Assembly: GCA_946488855.1 (NCBI GenBank)
Contig: CAMLWC010000001.1
Span: 2,688-66,687, forward strand
Reading direction: 5' to 3'
DNA length: 64,000 bases
Source of the DNA: an uncultured Mycoplasmatota bacterium
GTDB taxonomy: Bacteria; Bacillota_I; Bacilli_A; RF39; UBA660
In this document: piece by piece, positions 60,566 through 64,000 of the stretch
Position numbering within the stretch: position 1 is the first letter of the stretch
Layout: every line of letters begins with the position of its first letter
Position numbers and translations under genes: made by a program
The notes under the pieces: generated by a model
What the model was told of the DNA's origin: nothing
The model's database searches: none
Seen by the model: only the letters and a program-made list of their open reading frames with translations

Positions 60566-60617
60566 ACCTTCCACCTTATAATATAATATCACATATTTAT
60601 TAATTTGAAAATACAAA

Positions 60618-60663
60618 TGTTTAAATTTAGGTATTTTAAATGTTTAAATTTAGGTATTTTAAA
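60618..60663. repeat. perfect 23-bp tandem direct repeat x2 (TGTTTAAATTTAGGTATTTTAAA)
   Basis: Read directly from the sequence in the divergent intergenic region between the SEDS gene and the YjcZ-like gene. Confidence 0.9.
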
Positions 60664-60717
60664 TGAACAAATTATCTAAATAATAATAAAATATATTAGC
60701 TAGAAGGAGGTAATTAT

Positions 60718-60900
60718 ATGTATTACTACGGAGGATATAGCGGCTATGGATATGGTCAACCATACAGCTATGGAAACGGTTCTGGATATGGAGCTGCTAT
60801 TATTTTAGTTTTATTTATTTTATTAGTAATAATCATTGGTGCTCGAGCATTTGAAAACAACTGTGGCTGCCACACTCAATCACCATGTCAAGGAAGATAA
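60718..60900 (+). CDS. YjcZ-like tiny Gly/Tyr-rich sporulation membrane protein
   Basis: Strong RBS AGAAGGAGGTAATTAT. MYYYGGYSGYGYGQPYSYGNGSGYGAAIILVLFILLVIIIG resembles the Bacillus YjcZ / tiny_TM_bacill family. It has an extra C-terminal CGCHTQSPC. Confidence 0.55.
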   Translation: MYYYGGYSGYGYGQPYSYGNGSGYGAAIILVLFILLVIIIGARAFENNCGCHTQSPCQGR

Positions 60901-60966
60901 TCTTCCTTTTATTTTGATTTTTTTTAATTTTGTGGTAAAATACTTGTTGTTATTGGAGTTGGTCTT

Positions 60967-61515
60967 ATGTTTAAAAAATTAAATATATTAGATGAAAAAG
61001 ATAAAAGATTAAGAATGATTAGTAAAGATGCCACTTTTCCTTTATCAAATGAAGATAAAGATTTAATAAAAAGAGCTATCGATGAATTGACTTATAGTCA
61101 AATAGAAAACTTAGCTGAAAAATATGAATTAAGACCAGGTATGGGTCTAGCATTTCCACAATTAGGCTTAAATAAAAGAATAATAATTATAGTTCATGAA
61201 GTTGAAGATGGCGTTTTTGATGAATATGTCTTTGTTAATCCTAAGATAATATCTTATTCAAATGAAATGATTGCTGCTGATGTTGGTGAAGGATGTCTTT
61301 CAGTTAATCGTGAAGTAGAAGGACATGTCCCAAGATATGCAAGAGTTACAGTTGAAGGATATGATATTGATGGTAATAAAATAAAAGTAAGAGCAAGAGA
61401 AGAATTATCGATAGCTTTCCAACACGAAATAGATCATTTAAACGGAATATTATTTTATGATAGAATTAATAAAGATAAACCATTCTTTAATGAAAATGAA
61501 ATTAGATTAATTTAA
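60967..61515 (+). CDS. def: peptide deformylase
   Basis: GLAFPQLG, EGCLSV and QHEIDHLNG, the three Def motifs. Confidence 0.9.
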   Translation: MFKKLNILDEKDKRLRMISKDATFPLSNEDKDLIKRAIDELTYSQIENLAEKYELRPGMGLAFPQLGLNKRIIIIVHEVEDGVFDEYVFVNPKIISYSNEMIAADVGEGCLSVNREVEGHVPRYARVTVEGYDIDGNKIKVRAREELSIAFQHEIDHLNGILFYDRINKDKPFFNENEIRLI

Positions 61516-61551
61516 AATTATATATATATTAATCATTAACAAAAATCATAT

Positions 61552-61580
61552 AAAAAAGAGAAAAATATTTTTCTCTTTTT
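61552..61580. terminator. bidirectional terminator between def and smc
   Basis: AAAAGAGAAAAATA/TATTTTTCTCTTTT palindrome. Confidence 0.55.
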
Positions 61581-61651
61581 GCGTATATTAATTTTATAAA
61601 TTATAATTTTGTTGATATATTATTATATTTTTAGAATAAAAAAGAAGAAAC

Positions 61652-64000
61652 TTATTTTATTTCTTCTAATTTAACACTTACTAATTTACTAACACCAGAT
61701 TCTTGCATTGTAATACCATACAAAGTATCGACATATTCCATCGTTTTTTTCTTATGTGTAATTATAATAAATTGGGTTTTGTCTTTTAAATTACATACAT
61801 ATTTACCAAATGAATCAACATTAACATCATCTAAAGCAGCTTCTACTTCATCTAATATACAAAATGGAACTGGTTTTGATTTTAATATAGCAAATAATAA
61901 ACTGATTGCTGTAAATGTTTTTTCGCCACCTGATAATAATGAAATAGTGGTTAATTTTTTTCCTGGAGGTGAAGCAATTATTTCAATACCTGTTTCTAAA
62001 ATATTATTTGGATCAGTTAATTTTAAATCGGCAGTACCACCTTTAAATAATTCTTTAAAAGTGATATTAAAATTTTCTTTAATAACTTTAAATGTTTTAA
62101 TAAATTCTTTTTCCATTACTTTATCCATTTCAGATATAATTTCTAATAAAGTGTTTTCTGCTTTAGTTAAATCATCCCTTTGACTAATTAAAAATTCATA
62201 TCTTTCATTAACTGTATCAAATTCTTCAATAGCTCCTAAATTAACCATTCCAATTTCTTTAATTTGTCTTTTTAAACTATTAACTTTGTTTCTAGCAATT
62301 TCAATATCCATATCTAATTTATATCTAGTTATAGCTGTATCATAAGTAATAGAATAATTTTCAGATAAAGTATTTAATAGATTGTCTATTTTAACATCTA
62401 ACCTATTAACAGATATTTCTAATCCATTTAATTCTTCTTTCTTTTCATTAAATAAACTATTTTCTTTTTTTACAGTTAATTCATAATCAGATAATTCACT
62501 ATTCAATTCTTCTTTTTTCTTTAATAAACTATTTAAATATAAACTAACTTTATTTTTATTTTCTAAAGTTTCATAATATTCTTTCAATACTTGTTGTTCT
62601 TCATCTTTTAATTTGTTATCTAATATATTATTATTACCCATTATTTCATAAGTTGTTTCTTTTAAATTTTCTTCTTTAGTTATTATTTCTTTTTTATAAT
62701 TATCTAATAGTACATCTTTATTTAATTTTTCTTTATTAACTAAATAAATTTTATCTTCTATTTCTTTATATTTATTATCAATATCATTTAATTTTTCTTC
62801 TATTTTACTTATATTATCAGAAATTATTTTAGCATCTTTTATTTTATTTTCTAACTCATATTTTTCTAAAATAATATTCCTTGATTTAATTGTATTACCA
62901 CCTGTTAATGAACCACCAACATGTAATAATTCACCATCTAAAGTAACTATTCTATATCTATAATTAATATGTTTAGCAATTATATTTGCATTATCAATAT
63001 TATCTACAACTAACACATTACCTAATTGATTTAATATTATATTAGAATATTTTGAATCATATTTAATTAAATTACTGGCAATATCAATAAAGCCAGGTAA
63101 ATTTATTTCCATATCAATTCCTTTAGGATTAATAATATTTAAAGGAAAAAAAGTGGCTCGACCTAATTTATTTTCTTTTAAATAATTAATTGCTTCTTTA
63201 GCACACACTTCATTATCAACAACAATATTAGTAGAAGAAACACCTAACACTGTAGAAATGGCTAAAGAATATTTTTCAGAAACATCAAATAAATTACCAA
63301 TTATATCGTGAATTCCTCTTAATTTAGGATTATCTAATACTTTTTTAACTGATATTGGTAAACTACTATTATTATCAATACTATATTTTAATGATTCAAT
63401 TTGTAAATTTAAATTATTTTGATTTTTTAAATTATTTTGTAAATCTATATTTAATTTATTTTTACTATTTTTAACATTATTTAACTCAATATTTAAATTA
63501 TCAATTTTTTTATTTAATTCAATTATTTCATTTTCAATTATTATTTTTTCATTTTTAATATTGTTTAATTCAGTATTTAGTTTTAATTCTTTTTCTTTTA
63601 ACAATACTAAATTTTCATGAACTTTACTATTTTCGACATTATATTTTTGTCTTTCCAAAATAATAGCTTTACGACTATTTATTTTTTCGACATCAGTAGT
63701 TAATTTAATTAAATAATCTTGATATTTTTTTATTTCAACATCTAAATTAATAATGTTTTTCTTATACTCTTCTATTTTTACTTCATGAGTACTATTATCA
63801 GTTGTTAATTTAGATATTTCTAATTTTAAATCTTCAATTTTATTTTTATTATTTTGATAATCAAAATTTAAATTAGTTATATCTTCACTTATCAAAGCTA
63901 TTTCAATATTTTCTAAATCTATATTTAATTCTTTATATTTTAATGCTTTTTCTTTTTGTTCTTTTAATGGTTCAATTCTATCTTCTAATTCATTAATAAT
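61652..64000 (-). CDS. smc: chromosome segregation protein SMC, 5'-truncated at window edge
   Basis: C-terminal ABC-type signature LSGGEKTFTAISLLFAI and Walker B ILDEVEAALD, with long coiled coils. The reading frame continues past position 64000. Confidence 0.9.
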   Translation of the reverse strand: MINELEDRIEPLKEQKEKALKYKELNIDLENIEIALISEDITNLNFDYQNNKNKIEDLKLEISKLTTDNSTHEVKIEEYKKNIINLDVEIKKYQDYLIKLTTDVEKINSRKAIILERQKYNVENSKVHENLVLLKEKELKLNTELNNIKNEKIIIENEIIELNKKIDNLNIELNNVKNSKNKLNIDLQNNLKNQNNLNLQIESLKYSIDNNSSLPISVKKVLDNPKLRGIHDIIGNLFDVSEKYSLAISTVLGVSSTNIVVDNEVCAKEAINYLKENKLGRATFFPLNIINPKGIDMEINLPGFIDIASNLIKYDSKYSNIILNQLGNVLVVDNIDNANIIAKHINYRYRIVTLDGELLHVGGSLTGGNTIKSRNIILEKYELENKIKDAKIISDNISKIEEKLNDIDNKYKEIEDKIYLVNKEKLNKDVLLDNYKKEIITKEENLKETTYEIMGNNNILDNKLKDEEQQVLKEYYETLENKNKVSLYLNSLLKKKEELNSELSDYELTVKKENSLFNEKKEELNGLEISVNRLDVKIDNLLNTLSENYSITYDTAITRYKLDMDIEIARNKVNSLKRQIKEIGMVNLGAIEEFDTVNERYEFLISQRDDLTKAENTLLEIISEMDKVMEKEFIKTFKVIKENFNITFKELFKGGTADLKLTDPNNILETGIEIIASPPGKKLTTISLLSGGEKTFTAISLLFAILKSKPVPFCILDEVEAALDDVNVDSFGKYVCNLKDKTQFIIITHKKKTMEYVDTLYGITMQESGVSKLVSVKLEEIK

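Noticed and set aside
1-64000. CRISPR arrays, IS elements or prophage genes anywhere in the window.
   Set aside because: No regularly spaced direct repeats, no transposase, integrase or phage structural gene signatures were found on either strand.

Overview
This is an AT-rich (roughly 25% GC) chromosomal segment from a spore-forming, teichoic-acid-bearing Firmicute (Clostridia/Erysipelotrichia-like). It is gene-dense and mostly core metabolism and housekeeping, with a few accessory-looking stretches.

Gene content in order:
- 1-12.1 kb: a wall teichoic acid locus (tagF-like, tagD, tagG, tagH, tagO). It includes a Dlt-like five-gene module: an FkbH-like HAD-IIIC protein, an acyl carrier protein, a MaoC dehydratase, an MBOAT and a DltD-like protein. 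An aldo/keto reductase, a split transketolase and acpS follow.
- 12.3-14.0 kb: a degenerate thioredoxin-like ORF, a DUF1003 protein, a PerR-like Fur regulator and rubrerythrin.
- 14.2-16.1 kb: an accessory-looking trio (HTH-XRE protein, small HNH-like protein, a hypothetical) driven by near-consensus promoters.
- 16.3-27.4 kb: a PdaC-like deacetylase, a FAD/Rieske oxidoreductase, rarA, xerD, an AlkD-like repair protein, zupT, hypotheticals and holA.
- 27.5-33.4 kb: a two-component system next to an ApbE / NusG-II / Gx-transporter / FMN-binding lipoprotein flavinylation cluster, then an N/K-rich membrane-anchored protein.
- 33.4-44.5 kb: a minimal sufC-sufD-sufS operon, a HIT protein, pnp, rpsO, truB, a Zn peptidase, cysS and a J-domain membrane protein.
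- 44.7-47.9 kb: two tRNAs (CAU and Leu-UAG) followed by three uncharacterised genes.
- 47.9-55.8 kb: an Smr protein, a PfkB kinase, ppdK, a DUF2207 protein, tdk, xerC and a hypothetical.
- 55.8-64.0 kb: topA, sigE, spoIIGA, a SEDS (FtsW/SpoVE) protein, a YjcZ-like tiny sporulation protein, def and a 5'-truncated smc.

Most notable observations:
1. The carrier-protein acylation module inside the teichoic acid locus has no DltA; an FkbH-like loader sits in its place.
2. A roughly 120-nt promoter-plus-RBS cassette is duplicated upstream of two unrelated membrane proteins (near 44.6 kb and 47.9 kb) and brackets the tRNA-adjacent segment.
3. An A9 homopolymer separates the ATG/RBS of a surface protein from its body, which is a candidate phase-variation switch.
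4. A perfect 23-bp tandem repeat lies in the divergent region between the SEDS gene and the YjcZ-like gene.
5. A 483-aa Thr/Tyr/Cys-rich surface protein carries a WxxWxxW motif.

No CRISPR arrays, transposases or integrases were seen.
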